A DNA stretch of 64,000 nt from Thermoplasmatales archaeon (GCA_020350825.1 CP070724.1:1185602-1249601), one strand, 5' to 3'. Positions 10,021 to 19,699 are shown, counted from the stretch's first letter. Notes: a model not told the origin generated them from the letters alone. Numbers and translations are program-made.

Positions 10021-10103
10021 TTTAAATACTTTACTATGCTGATATTAAGATAACATCTTAGCTAGAACTTTATGTGATATATTTTACCTTTGAATACTTT
10101 CAA
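10021..10103 (+). promoter_or_regulatory. Putative promoter of the PolB2 cassette: TATA box plus two inverted repeats
   Basis: TTTAAATA at 10021; TAAGAT-AAC-ATCTTA 10046-10060; TTGAA-TACT-TTCAA 10090-10103. Confidence 0.4.
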
Positions 10104-10169
10104 TCATCCCTTTATTAGTTTTATTAGAGCAAATATCCTTCTCAATGACCTACATTATTTTATGGGGGA

Positions 10170-10898
10170 ATGATGTTGAAATCTGATGCTATTAAAAGGT
10201 CCTCTCTTGAGCCAAAATCTTTAGCGAAACTTGATATAATTGTTCAATCCGGGATTATCGAATTAGACGCTTTGCTTGGCGGATTCAAAGCAGGCGAGAT
10301 TACATATATCAGTGGTGACAGTAGTCTAATATCTGAGATTCCTAATCAACTTTGTGTCAATACCTATAGAACATTCAACAGTTCAACAATTTATATCGAC
10401 GGCGGGATTTGTGCAGATCCTTACAAAATTGCAAAATATGCCCGCATTATGGAAATCGACCAAGATGATGTACTTAACAATGTTCATATCAGTAGAGCGT
10501 TCACCGTTTATCAACTATCAACATTTATTAATCACTCACTTGAAAAAGAAATCGAAAAGCATGATCCGCGAACTCTTATCATAGGGAAGTTTCCCTCCCT
10601 CTTTCTTGACCGTGATGTTCCTCCCCAGGAATCTCAGATTATTTTAAAGAACATTATCATAAAACTTCATGAGCTCACTACAGAATATAATCTCATCACT
10701 GTTCTCACAAATCTTGATAGTAGACTGTATTCAAATCGAATCAGAAGTATTATTCAATCACATGTTCATGAAACGGTCAAAATGAAATATATTGAACCTT
10801 GCACCTATGTTGACCTCACCAGGAGACAGGAGAGCACTACGATTCTTCACATGGCCGAGGGGCAACTACGATTAGAGCATTTTGGGATGGTGACCTAA
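10170..10898 (+). CDS. Inactive RadA/RecA-fold protein (ImuA-like), PolB2-associated
   Basis: SGIIELDALLGGFKAGEITYISG then degenerate Walker A (GDSSLISE); YIDG, NVHISRAFTVYQL; C-terminal QLRLEHF. Confidence 0.85.
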   Translation: MMLKSDAIKRSSLEPKSLAKLDIIVQSGIIELDALLGGFKAGEITYISGDSSLISEIPNQLCVNTYRTFNSSTIYIDGGICADPYKIAKYARIMEIDQDDVLNNVHISRAFTVYQLSTFINHSLEKEIEKHDPRTLIIGKFPSLFLDRDVPPQESQIILKNIIIKLHELTTEYNLITVLTNLDSRLYSNRIRSIIQSHVHETVKMKYIEPCTYVDLTRRQESTTILHMAEGQLRLEHFGMVT

Positions 10899-11153
10899 AT
10901 GGGTCGTACAGTGCCTTCTTTTAGAATGGTCATCGAGAGTTTCGGTGTTGAATGGAGTGAGTTCAAACGGGCTCTCCGAGACATCGACAAAGAATCCTTT
11001 GAATGTCTTATGAATTACGCTCGCCGTCATGCCGAGGCAGGGACAAACATGCCTAACCCCAATCCGTTTGAACCAATTATTATGTCAATCCTTATTGAAC
11101 ATGAAAAGGAATTAAGGAAGATTCGAGAGAATGCTAAGGGGACACATTCTTGA
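10899..11153 (+). CDS. Small helical PolB2-associated protein (arCOG07300-like)
   Basis: MGRTVPSFR...WSEFKRALR...PFEPIIMSILIE; directly upstream of and overlapping polB2. Confidence 0.85.
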   Translation: MGRTVPSFRMVIESFGVEWSEFKRALRDIDKESFECLMNYARRHAEAGTNMPNPNPFEPIIMSILIEHEKELRKIRENAKGTHS

Positions 11154-13395
11154 CACCTATGTTGACCACAAGAAAAATGTGCTGATAACATGGCTTATTA
11201 ATAACGGAAAGACGAGCAGAATCGAGGACAAGTTTGAACCATCATTTTATGTTTATTCCTCTCAAAACAGTCTCTTCAAACTGGTATCAGATTTACAGGA
11301 TATACCTCAAGTGAAATACCTTAATTTCACTCAGCACAATATCATGTTGGGTTCTGAGAAGAAATATCTTGTTCTTGAAGTCATTCCAAAAACTCTCGCC
11401 TCGTTTAACAGGCTGGCATCAATGATTGATAAATGGGGAAAATATCGAACATATAGATTGTATAATGTAGACATTCGTATTCCAACAAGGTATCTGCAAC
11501 ATAAGAGAGTATTCTGTAATGCTAGAGTAAAATGGGACGGGAAACAGTATATTTTAGAGGATGACCAATGGGCAATAGATTATCTATTTCCTGAGTTCAA
11601 AGAACTTTATTTCAACGTTGAAAAAAAGACAGGATTTCAATCATTAAGTGACCCACTCACAGCAATATATGTTGATGGAAATATTATTGAAGAAGATAAC
11701 GAGACAGATATTTTACTCACTGCGGTAAAACAAATCAGAGAGAAAGACCCAGATATTATCTATACAATTGAGGGAGACAGCTTCTTACTCCCTTACCTGT
11801 ATCACCGAGCTAAAGAATGCAATATCAGTAGAGAGATCAACCTTGGAAGAGATAAAACTCAGAGAAAACGACCTGTAAAACAAGCTAAATCATATTTCAG
11901 TTATGGGCAGATTGTTTATCGACCAGCGTTTTTTACACTCATGGGAAGAGCACATATTGATCGGAATAGTTCGTTTTTATATGGTGAGAGCGGTCTAAGA
12001 GGATTGGTTGATATTTCTAGGTGTGCCAACATCCCATTGCAGCTTCAATCTCGTTTAGGTCCTGGCACTGCTATTAGTCAGATCCAAGTCAATAGAGCAA
12101 TGGATAAAGGGTATCTCATCCCTTGGAAGAAAAACATGCCTGAAAAATGTAAAACAGCTCGGCAGTTGTTAATATCGGATAGAGGCGGTCTTATTCTCAG
12201 TCCTTCTGTGGGACTCCATGACAACGTTGTTGAACTAGATTTTGCATCTCTTTATCCTAATGTTATGTTTCGTTTCAATATCAGCCCTGAGACCATGCTA
12301 TGTAATTGCTGCCTTGATTCACATATTCGTGTTCCTCAACTTGATTATCACATCTGTTATCGTAAAACAGGATTGCTTCCAGAAGTACTTAGACCAATTA
12401 TACACAGAAGATTCTGTTTTAAAGCACGAGCAAAGAACAAGAAATATGATCCTATAATATGTAAGGAAATCCAACAAGCATGGAAATGGATTCTCATTGT
12501 CTGCTTTGGATATACAGGATATAGAAACGCTCGGTTCGGACGTATTGAATGTCATGAGTCAATTACCGCATTTGCGCGTGACATCCTCCTAAAAGCAATT
12601 GAGGTGGCAGAGCAAGCGGGATATCGAGTTCTGCATGGAATCATCGACTCTCTCTGGATAACAACAATTAAGGACGATGTCGATCCCTATAAATTATCGA
12701 GAATGATTAGCAAACGTACTGGGATTCGGATGGATGTTGAAGGACGATATAAGTGGATTGTGTTTCTTCCAAGTAAACAATTTGATGTTGGTGCCTTAAA
12801 CAGATACTATGGATTATTTGACAACGGGGAATTAAAAGTACGAGGTATTGAGCTCCGTCAACGAAATACTCCTGAATTTTTACGGGATGTTCAACAAAAT
12901 ATGTTAAATGTACTGCAAAAAGCAAATAACGCAAAAGAATTTTATGATCTAATTCCTCAAGCTGTTGAGGCGCTACTTGATATTGGAAAACAACTTATTG
13001 ACGGTAAAATAGAATCAAATAAACTTGTTTTTAAAAACCGAATTTCAAGGTATGTTACAGAATACAAAGTGAATAACCTTGTGAAATCAGCATTGCTTCA
13101 ACTACGAGACCTTGATATTCGTGTGGAACCAGGGCAATATGTTCAATATGTTGTTACAGATGAACATTCCAGAAACTATAAGGATCGGGTTTGTGTCATT
13201 GAATCTCTTAATGGAAATGAACAGATTGATATTGATTACTATCTACGACAAATTGCTAAATGTGGGGAGAGCGTCCTTGTCCCTTTTGGTTATACCTTGG
13301 AGAATCTTGAATTTATGCTCCAGCAAAAAAAACGTGGAGAGAATATGTATGGATCCATTTTACAGAGAGTTCGAACTAACCAAACCTGTTTCTAA
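11131..13395 (+). CDS. polB2: Family B DNA polymerase, PolB2 (Dpo2-like, proofreading-deficient)
   Basis: Motif A LDFASLYP, motif B KWILIVCFGYTG, motif C HGIIDS (PolB2-type in place of YGDTDS), KVRGIE; ExoI/II acidic residues lost (YFNVE, GDSFLLPYL). Confidence 0.92.
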   Translation: MLRGHILDTYVDHKKNVLITWLINNGKTSRIEDKFEPSFYVYSSQNSLFKLVSDLQDIPQVKYLNFTQHNIMLGSEKKYLVLEVIPKTLASFNRLASMIDKWGKYRTYRLYNVDIRIPTRYLQHKRVFCNARVKWDGKQYILEDDQWAIDYLFPEFKELYFNVEKKTGFQSLSDPLTAIYVDGNIIEEDNETDILLTAVKQIREKDPDIIYTIEGDSFLLPYLYHRAKECNISREINLGRDKTQRKRPVKQAKSYFSYGQIVYRPAFFTLMGRAHIDRNSSFLYGESGLRGLVDISRCANIPLQLQSRLGPGTAISQIQVNRAMDKGYLIPWKKNMPEKCKTARQLLISDRGGLILSPSVGLHDNVVELDFASLYPNVMFRFNISPETMLCNCCLDSHIRVPQLDYHICYRKTGLLPEVLRPIIHRRFCFKARAKNKKYDPIICKEIQQAWKWILIVCFGYTGYRNARFGRIECHESITAFARDILLKAIEVAEQAGYRVLHGIIDSLWITTIKDDVDPYKLSRMISKRTGIRMDVEGRYKWIVFLPSKQFDVGALNRYYGLFDNGELKVRGIELRQRNTPEFLRDVQQNMLNVLQKANNAKEFYDLIPQAVEALLDIGKQLIDGKIESNKLVFKNRISRYVTEYKVNNLVKSALLQLRDLDIRVEPGQYVQYVVTDEHSRNYKDRVCVIESLNGNEQIDIDYYLRQIAKCGESVLVPFGYTLENLEFMLQQKKRGENMYGSILQRVRTNQTCF

Positions 13396-13786
13396 TTACT
13401 TCATTAATCAAGGCTACAAGGTCATAAAAGAGATAAGAATTGGATATTGCAGAGCAGATCTTGTAGCATTTAATGAGGATAGGGTAATTGCAATTGAAAT
13501 CAAATTGAGCGATAGAAAAAAAGCTATTATCCAAGCTAAAAACTATCAACTTGGTGCTGATTACGTATACCTTGTTTTTCCTCTTATGAAATCCTATTCC
13601 CTTTTAAGAAAATCTGAATATACTCTTCAAAAAGAGGGAATTGGGTTGTTGATTGTTAACGAAATAACCTGTAAAGTAAGTAAGATTATTGATGCAAAAC
13701 CATCTAAAAGAAAATTTGCTTCGATCACTCTAAAGGAAATAAGACGGTCACGAGAAAATATAGCAAATAAGTTCAAGTTTTATTAA
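13349..13786 (+). CDS. PD-(D/E)XK nuclease (MmcB/DUF2161-like)
   Basis: ATG at 13349 overlapping the polB2 end; E...RADLVA...AIEIK...Q...ADYVYLV...GIGLL. Confidence 0.8.
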   Translation: MDPFYREFELTKPVSNYFINQGYKVIKEIRIGYCRADLVAFNEDRVIAIEIKLSDRKKAIIQAKNYQLGADYVYLVFPLMKSYSLLRKSEYTLQKEGIGLLIVNEITCKVSKIIDAKPSKRKFASITLKEIRRSRENIANKFKFY

Positions 13787-13812
13787 GGAGAACATGCTTT
13801 AGGTATTATCAT

Positions 13813-14553
13813 ATGTGTTATAGATATTCGATACATAGCAATGCAATGGTCATCGAATCAAGATTTGATGCTCTATTTCAAAATAATTATGAAAAGAAAT
13901 ATCATGTTGGTGCATTTGATCAAACTCAATTACCTGTTGTTACTAATGAAAATCCAAAACAAATACAATTTTACAAATGGGGGCTTATCCCCTTTTGGGT
14001 AAAAACTTTGAAGCAAGCAGATGAAATAAAAGAGAGAACAGTCAATGCACGGGCAGAAAACATTTATGAAAAACCCGCGTTCCGTCAATCAGCTGAGAAT
14101 AAACACTGTCTTGTAATTGCAGATGGTTTTTTTGAATGGAGATACTTCCAAGGAAGAAACTATCCATACTACATTCGATTAAAATCTCATGAGCCATTTG
14201 CAATAGCAGGACTTTGGGATTGTTGGGTTAATAAAGAAATAGAGAGAAAAATGTATACATATACGATAATTACCTGCCCTGCGAATTCTCTATTGGAAAA
14301 AATCCATAACAAAAAGAAAAGAATGCCAGTAATTCTTCCAAAAGAACTAGAAAAATTCTGGATTGACAATACCTTTACAAAGGAGCAAGCACAAAAAGTT
14401 TTAGTACCATTTGAACAAGATAAAATGGAGGCATATACCATTTCTCGTCTAATTACATCAAAAACTCAAAATCCAAATGTCCCAGAAGTTATGAATCCAT
14501 ATAAATATCCAGAACTAGAAGAATCAAATTTAGCTCAGTCAAGTCTATTCTAA
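13813..14553 (+). CDS. SOS response-associated peptidase (SRAP; YedK/HMCES family), abasic-site protection
   Basis: N-terminal MC, WGLIPFW, NARAE, GFFEW, AGLWD, IH...RMP; Cys/Glu/His intact. Confidence 0.93.
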   Translation: MCYRYSIHSNAMVIESRFDALFQNNYEKKYHVGAFDQTQLPVVTNENPKQIQFYKWGLIPFWVKTLKQADEIKERTVNARAENIYEKPAFRQSAENKHCLVIADGFFEWRYFQGRNYPYYIRLKSHEPFAIAGLWDCWVNKEIERKMYTYTIITCPANSLLEKIHNKKKRMPVILPKELEKFWIDNTFTKEQAQKVLVPFEQDKMEAYTISRLITSKTQNPNVPEVMNPYKYPELEESNLAQSSLF

Positions 14554-15603
14554 TATTTCTACAACTGTTTTTTCCCCTAGATATTCAGAAGCAGTCATTA
14601 CTTTCTTATCCATCTCAACTGCTGTATCCCAGATTTTCTTGGTATGATCCCTGAATTTACTCTCTCTGGTTAGGTGGTGATCATAAATAATAATATCTGC
14701 ATCGATTTCTCTGATTATCCTCGCTGTGTTTTCAATTGTTCTCTCAAGATTAATTCTATTAAGTATGTATCCAAACAAATATGTTGTAGGTCCATCAAGA
14801 AAAAGAATCGAAGGATTTTCCTTGATTATTAAATCAGCATAATCCTCAATCATAGGGCCACTAAGATCTGATGAATGGAATAATTTCTTATTTCCATATT
14901 CAATAATTGTTGCTAAAACCCAACCAACTCCAGCATATTCGATACCATGGAAAAGAGGTTTTGTGAATTTCAATTTGGTATCTCCAAATTTAAAGGTTTT
15001 CCCTTCTGGAAATATGACCTGTATGTTATCAGATTTTATTTCTGGCAATTGTTCATAAGATAGCCATTTCTTAGCGTGTTTCTTAAACCGTTTCCTTCCC
15101 TTACTTAGAACTTCTTTCCTTCTTTCATTATATGATTTAAAATCTTTTGAAGCAGCATGAGGGATGTCATTAAGAGGATCGTGATATTCTGTTTTTTTTT
15201 GTTTTTTCAAAAGTTTCTCTTTTTCATCGATTTCAAATTCCTTGAAAATATCATTTAAAAATTTTTCTCCTCTCTCTCGTTGGTTATTATTAATGTATTC
15301 GTTAGGGTTTTTTGCAAATACAGTTTTCCCCCGATAGACATTGAAATCATCTGGGAAATAATGATCATAATGATAATGAGAGATTGTAATAATGTCTGCT
15401 TTTTGACACGCTTCTTTAATCTTGTTTTCAGCAATTGCAAGCCATTCTGCTTTTTGTTCAGGTAAAGCTGGGAAAGATGGTTGCATTATTGCTACTCCTG
15501 GATCAATAACTATGGTTATATCTGGAGTATTCACAAGAGTAGATGTAGATTTTGCCCCCATTGAATCGAACCAGAGAGGTTGAAATTCAAGATGCTTCTT
15601 CAT
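14545..15603 (-). CDS. Metallo-beta-lactamase-fold hydrolase (UPF0282-like)
   Basis: DSMGAKS, IDPG, SHYHYDH, FHG, HSSD, DHH. Confidence 0.85.
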   Translation of the reverse strand: MKKHLEFQPLWFDSMGAKSTSTLVNTPDITIVIDPGVAIMQPSFPALPEQKAEWLAIAENKIKEACQKADIITISHYHYDHYFPDDFNVYRGKTVFAKNPNEYINNNQRERGEKFLNDIFKEFEIDEKEKLLKKQKKTEYHDPLNDIPHAASKDFKSYNERRKEVLSKGRKRFKKHAKKWLSYEQLPEIKSDNIQVIFPEGKTFKFGDTKLKFTKPLFHGIEYAGVGWVLATIIEYGNKKLFHSSDLSGPMIEDYADLIIKENPSILFLDGPTTYLFGYILNRINLERTIENTARIIREIDADIIIYDHHLTRESKFRDHTKKIWDTAVEMDKKVMTASEYLGEKTVVEILE

Positions 15604-15737
15604 TCCATATTAGCCCCTATTTTTTCCTTATGTATATTATTACACATCTTTTTCTTTTTTTTCTTGCCAAATGCAAATCAAAAAATACCAAAAAAAGATT
15701 AAAATAGAAAATACATTTCATTATACGCCTAAAAGGA

Positions 15738-15908
15738 ATGATAATGCTTGACACAACTCAATGGTTAATTTTAAATTCGAAAATAAAACGTAATACTTTG
15801 TACCATGATTTTGGTGTAAAAATGGAGAAAGATATTGTTCGTTTTCAACATTTAGTTAAAGAGAATAATAACCTTGAGATACAAAGGAAAGAATTTTGGA
15901 GTAAATAA
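15738..15908 (+). CDS. Small hypothetical protein, 56 aa (not in ORF track)
   Basis: MIMLDTTQWLILNSKIKRNTLYHDFGVKMEKDIVRFQHLVKENNNLEIQRKEFWSK; stop ends 2 nt before the next ATG. Confidence 0.5.
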   Translation: MIMLDTTQWLILNSKIKRNTLYHDFGVKMEKDIVRFQHLVKENNNLEIQRKEFWSK

Positions 15909-15909
15909 C

Positions 15910-16191
15910 ATGGGCTTCATTGAAAGATTAGAAAGAAATATTGCAAGGCTGGAGAAAAGAATAGAGAAAGAACAGATAAAAATTGAACATCTACATGAAA
16001 AATGTGAGAGTAAAAAGATTACAAAAGCAGATTTTAATATTAAAAAGAAGCAAATCGAGGCAAAAATACATGCGATGGATTCTAGAATAAGGGTTCTACA
16101 GGGTGGTATGACAAAAGAGAAAAAACATCAGGATGAAAAGGCACAAGAAAAACAAAAGAAAAAGGAAGAAAAAGAGAAAAAGAAGAATTAG
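15910..16191 (+). CDS. Small basic coiled-coil hypothetical protein
   Basis: ATG at 15910; MGFIERLERNIARLEKRIEKE..., Lys/Glu-rich. Confidence 0.7.
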   Translation: MGFIERLERNIARLEKRIEKEQIKIEHLHEKCESKKITKADFNIKKKQIEAKIHAMDSRIRVLQGGMTKEKKHQDEKAQEKQKKKEEKEKKKN

Positions 16192-16235
16192 TTTTTTATG
16201 TCTATTGTTATAAGAGACTGAACTGCATAGGATTT

Positions 16236-16772
16236 TTAGTAAATGTCCCAAGAATCCAAAACTTTTTCATGTATTTTTAGTGATTTTGAATCATAAAGAA
16301 CGAATCGTACCAAATTAATTTCTGGGATTTTCTTCAATTCATTTGCTACAGTCTCTATGGCAATTTTCGCAGCTTCCTCTAATGGATAGCCAAAATATCC
16401 TGTACTCAACGCTGGGAAAGAAATGCTTTTGATCTTGTTTTCTTTGGCAAGTCTCAGGCTTTTAATATAACATGAGGCAAGTTTTTCTGAATCTTTAGGC
16501 GAGTTAGAGTATATTGGACCAACTGTATGTATAATATAAGGGGCAGAAAGATTGTATCCCTTGGTTATCTTTGCTTCCCCTGTTTTACATCCTTTTAGTT
16601 TCTTGCATTCTTCCCATAGCGCTGGTCCTGCAGCTCTGTGTATTGCTCCTGCTACTCCGCCTCCTGGGGCCATTCTCTTGTTTGCCGCATTTACTATGGC
16701 ACCTGTTTTCTGCTTGGTTATATCTCCTATGATTAGTTCTAAAAATGATTCCCCAATTTTTATCTTTTCCAT
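16236..16772 (-). CDS. Macro-domain protein (YmdB-like O-acetyl-ADP-ribose deacetylase)
   Basis: GDIT, AIVNAAN, GGGVAGAIHRAAG, IHTVGP, FPALSTGYFGYP. Confidence 0.92.
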   Translation of the reverse strand: MEKIKIGESFLELIIGDITKQKTGAIVNAANKRMAPGGGVAGAIHRAAGPALWEECKKLKGCKTGEAKITKGYNLSAPYIIHTVGPIYSNSPKDSEKLASCYIKSLRLAKENKIKSISFPALSTGYFGYPLEEAAKIAIETVANELKKIPEINLVRFVLYDSKSLKIHEKVLDSWDIY

Positions 16773-16804
16773 TTTCCCCCCTTTAAATATATAATGTCGT
16801 TTCG

Positions 16805-17329
16805 TTAAAAGAACTCTCGTATTTTCTTAATTTCAGGATTTACTATTCCACCTTCTTTTAATGGAAAAACATATTCCATAATTTCAACTTCACTTATCAT
16901 TTGTGGGTATTCTGCAATTAGTATATCACCTAATCTTTTTGCGTTTTTGATATCTTTTGCCGTGAAAATGACCACCCAATCATATCTACCATGAAGATAA
17001 CTACCAGATATGATATCAACTCCAATTTTTTCACCTCTCTTTTGAACGGTTAGATCAATTATCTTATTGATTGCATCGCCTACTGGTTGAGTAGATTTTT
17101 TAAAAAGCATTATATATCGTTTTACATCAAGTTTTTCATCATCTACTACTGCATGGTATCCCCAGATTGTTTTGTCTTTTTCCAGTCTTTTTTTGATTCT
17201 CGATACTTTCTGTCTAGAAAGACCACATTTTTTTGCGATATTTTTAATGTTATCTCCAGAATTTGTTCGAAGTACTTTTAGGAGCTTCTTATTATCTTCA
17301 TCGATTTGTTCTTTGCTACTTTTAGGCAT
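16805..17329 (-). CDS. Lrp/AsnC family transcriptional regulator
   Basis: HTH IAKKCGLSRQKVSRIKKRLE, IWGYHAVVD, GRYDW. Confidence 0.88.
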   Translation of the reverse strand: MPKSSKEQIDEDNKKLLKVLRTNSGDNIKNIAKKCGLSRQKVSRIKKRLEKDKTIWGYHAVVDDEKLDVKRYIMLFKKSTQPVGDAINKIIDLTVQKRGEKIGVDIISGSYLHGRYDWVVIFTAKDIKNAKRLGDILIAEYPQMISEVEIMEYVFPLKEGGIVNPEIKKIREFF

Positions 17330-17496
17330 AATATGTCTCTCCCAAAATTTCAAATTATGCAACATTTCCTTAGTTAATAATCTTTACTCCTCTGTTTAGT
17401 TTCGTTTCCAAAATATAATGATCAAAAAAATAAAAAAAAATTATTGCAATAATGAATCAAAAACATGATTCCTTTCAATGTTTAACACAAAAAAGG

Positions 17497-17688
17497 TTAT
17501 ATTTTCTTTACCATAATTGCTGCTGGCCCTTTATCAGTTTTTTCGACTTTAAAAGTAACTTTATCTCCTTCATTTATGGTTGTCAAAGGTTCTAAAGCAT
17601 TTTGATGAACGAACACATCTTTACCGTCTTCGCCTTCTATAAAGCCATAGGATTTAAATCCGTTAAACCATTTTACGGTTCCATTCAT
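17497..17688 (-). CDS. Cold-shock domain protein
   Basis: GTVKWFN, YGFI, DVFVH, KGPAA; RBS GGAGGTGA upstream. Confidence 0.93.
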   Translation of the reverse strand: MNGTVKWFNGFKSYGFIEGEDGKDVFVHQNALEPLTTINEGDKVTFKVEKTDKGPAAIMVKKI

Positions 17689-17884
17689 ATATTTTTTCAC
17701 CTCCTTCAGATATTTCTGAATTTGTTTAATAAAGATTCAAAAAATTAGAAAGTTTCAAAAACTTATTTTTGAGTAATCAAAAAGACGTTTAACTTCCAAA
17801 TTCTTATCTCTTTAAGGAAGGGTACCATACGTCCATCCTTTAAATAACTTCCTATTGTAGTGTAGCACATTATCATTATAATAC

Positions 17885-18160
17885 TTAATAAATGATGTTG
17901 AATCCTTCAAAATCTTCAGTAGGTTGTTCATAGTCGACCTTCACACCAGTAACATTCGCTAGTTTTGGTCCATCATGACACCATGCAAGCATTTCTTTCA
18001 CAACGACTTTTTCTCCTTCAAATACTGCTTCTACATTTCCATCATATGTATTTTTTACCCATCCCTTTATACCAAGTTGTTCTGCTTTATCTCTAGTACT
18101 TGCCCTAAACCATACTCCTTGAACAAGGCCAGATATCAATATATGAACTCTTGTTTTCAT
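17885..18160 (-). CDS. acyP: Acylphosphatase
   Basis: GLVQGVWFR, GWVKN, GNVEAVFEG, GP. Confidence 0.93.
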   Translation of the reverse strand: MKTRVHILISGLVQGVWFRASTRDKAEQLGIKGWVKNTYDGNVEAVFEGEKVVVKEMLAWCHDGPKLANVTGVKVDYEQPTEDFEGFNIIY

Positions 18161-18168
18161 AAAAAGCC

Positions 18169-19479
18169 TCACGGTCTGAAACGCAATAACGTTCTTGGAA
18201 ATGGGATTGTATCTTTAATGTTGTCAATGCCACAAATCCATGCTACAGTACGTTCAATACCGAGTCCATAGCCTGCATGTGGAACTGAACCAAATTTTCT
18301 AAGGTCAAAGTACCATTCATAGTTTTCAACTTTTTCTCCAATCGCTTCAAGCCGTTCAGTCATATCCTTTATATCAAGACTTCTTTGAGACCCTCCAATT
18401 ATTTCACCATAGCCCTCAGGTGCAATCATATCAAAACAAAGAGCTGTTTTTGGATCTTTTTTGTCTCTAGGCTTGTAAAATGCCATTATCTCAACTGGAT
18501 AATGGGTTACAACTACAGGAGTTTTAAAATGATCTGCAAGTTTGTTTTCCTCTAATGTTCTCAGGTCTTTGCCCCACTTAATATTCATATTTTCTTTTTC
18601 GTTTAATATTTTAAGAGCTTTTGTATAGGTTATGGTTGGAAACTCTGATTCTGAGATCTGTTTTAATTTTTTGTAATCCTGATTTAAGAGTTCTAATTCA
18701 TCCTTATTATCCTTTAAAACTTGCTTTAAAATAAACCGTATTTCATCTTTACCAATTTCTATGATGTCATAAAGATCCATCCAAGCTGCTTCCATCTCAG
18801 CCATCCAAAATTCAGATAAATGTCTAGAGGTTTTTGATTTTTCAGCGCGAAAGGTTGGCCCCATATTATAGATTTTCTCTAGAGAAAATATACCTGCTTC
18901 AGCATAAAGCTGCCATGATTGTGAAAGGTATGTTTTATCATTATAATACTTAACTTCAAAGAGTGTAGAGCCACCTTCGCATTGACTTGGTTGTAGAATA
19001 GGAGCGTCAAATTCATAAAAACCTTTACCCCTAAAAAATTGATGAATTGCACCTATGACAGTAGATCTGATTTTCAAAATAGACGCAAGTTTTCTTGATC
19101 TTATCCAAAGATGTCTTTGGTCTAATAAAAACTCAGGACTTTGATCTTTTACAATAGGAAAAGGTTCTGCAAAATTGACTACATGTATGTTTATTACTTG
19201 AAGCTCGTATCCGCCAGGTGCACGTTTATCTTCTTTTATAGTGCCTTTTAATTCTATCGATGATTCAATTAATGCTTTTTTTGCATCTTCAAATTGGTTA
19301 TCTGGCAGGTTGCCTTTCTTAACAGTAGCTTGTAACACACCCGTGGTATCCCTGATCGTCATGAATACGATATTTCCACTGCTTCTTGTTCTGTATATCC
19401 ATCCTCGAATGTTAATTGTTTTATCTAATTTTTTTCCAGATAGTGCTTCTATCGTTTTAATCCAAGTAGTCTTTGACAT
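18169..19479 (-). CDS. asnS: Asparagine--tRNA ligase
   Basis: OB-fold RGW, RHLWIRS, YLSQSWQLY, FRAEKS.T.RHL.EFWM.E, GEIIGGSQR, PHAGYGLGIER. Confidence 0.92.
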   Translation of the reverse strand: MSKTTWIKTIEALSGKKLDKTINIRGWIYRTRSSGNIVFMTIRDTTGVLQATVKKGNLPDNQFEDAKKALIESSIELKGTIKEDKRAPGGYELQVINIHVVNFAEPFPIVKDQSPEFLLDQRHLWIRSRKLASILKIRSTVIGAIHQFFRGKGFYEFDAPILQPSQCEGGSTLFEVKYYNDKTYLSQSWQLYAEAGIFSLEKIYNMGPTFRAEKSKTSRHLSEFWMAEMEAAWMDLYDIIEIGKDEIRFILKQVLKDNKDELELLNQDYKKLKQISESEFPTITYTKALKILNEKENMNIKWGKDLRTLEENKLADHFKTPVVVTHYPVEIMAFYKPRDKKDPKTALCFDMIAPEGYGEIIGGSQRSLDIKDMTERLEAIGEKVENYEWYFDLRKFGSVPHAGYGLGIERTVAWICGIDNIKDTIPFPRTLLRFRP

Positions 19480-19699
19480 ATTAAGACCGTTCAATAAGGG
19501 ATATAATTATTGCATATATGAATTACGGTGACATAAATAATGTTTAATTATTTTATGTTAATCCAAAACAAAATGAAATATGTGCTAGTCACATCTCCCT
19601 AAACGCTTAAATATAGCTTCTATTATTATTGGCAGTACCTTCTTATATTATATAGGATAATATGCAGATAAATCTGTACAATTAAATTGAGGTATAAAC

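Noticed and set aside
13112-13348. Long N-terminus of the nuclease ORF, or a polB2-nuclease frameshift fusion at the A-run near 13325
   Set aside because: An ATG at 13349 with upstream GGAG explains the nuclease; the A-run may only affect the exact PolB2 C-terminus and gives no evidence of programmed frameshifting
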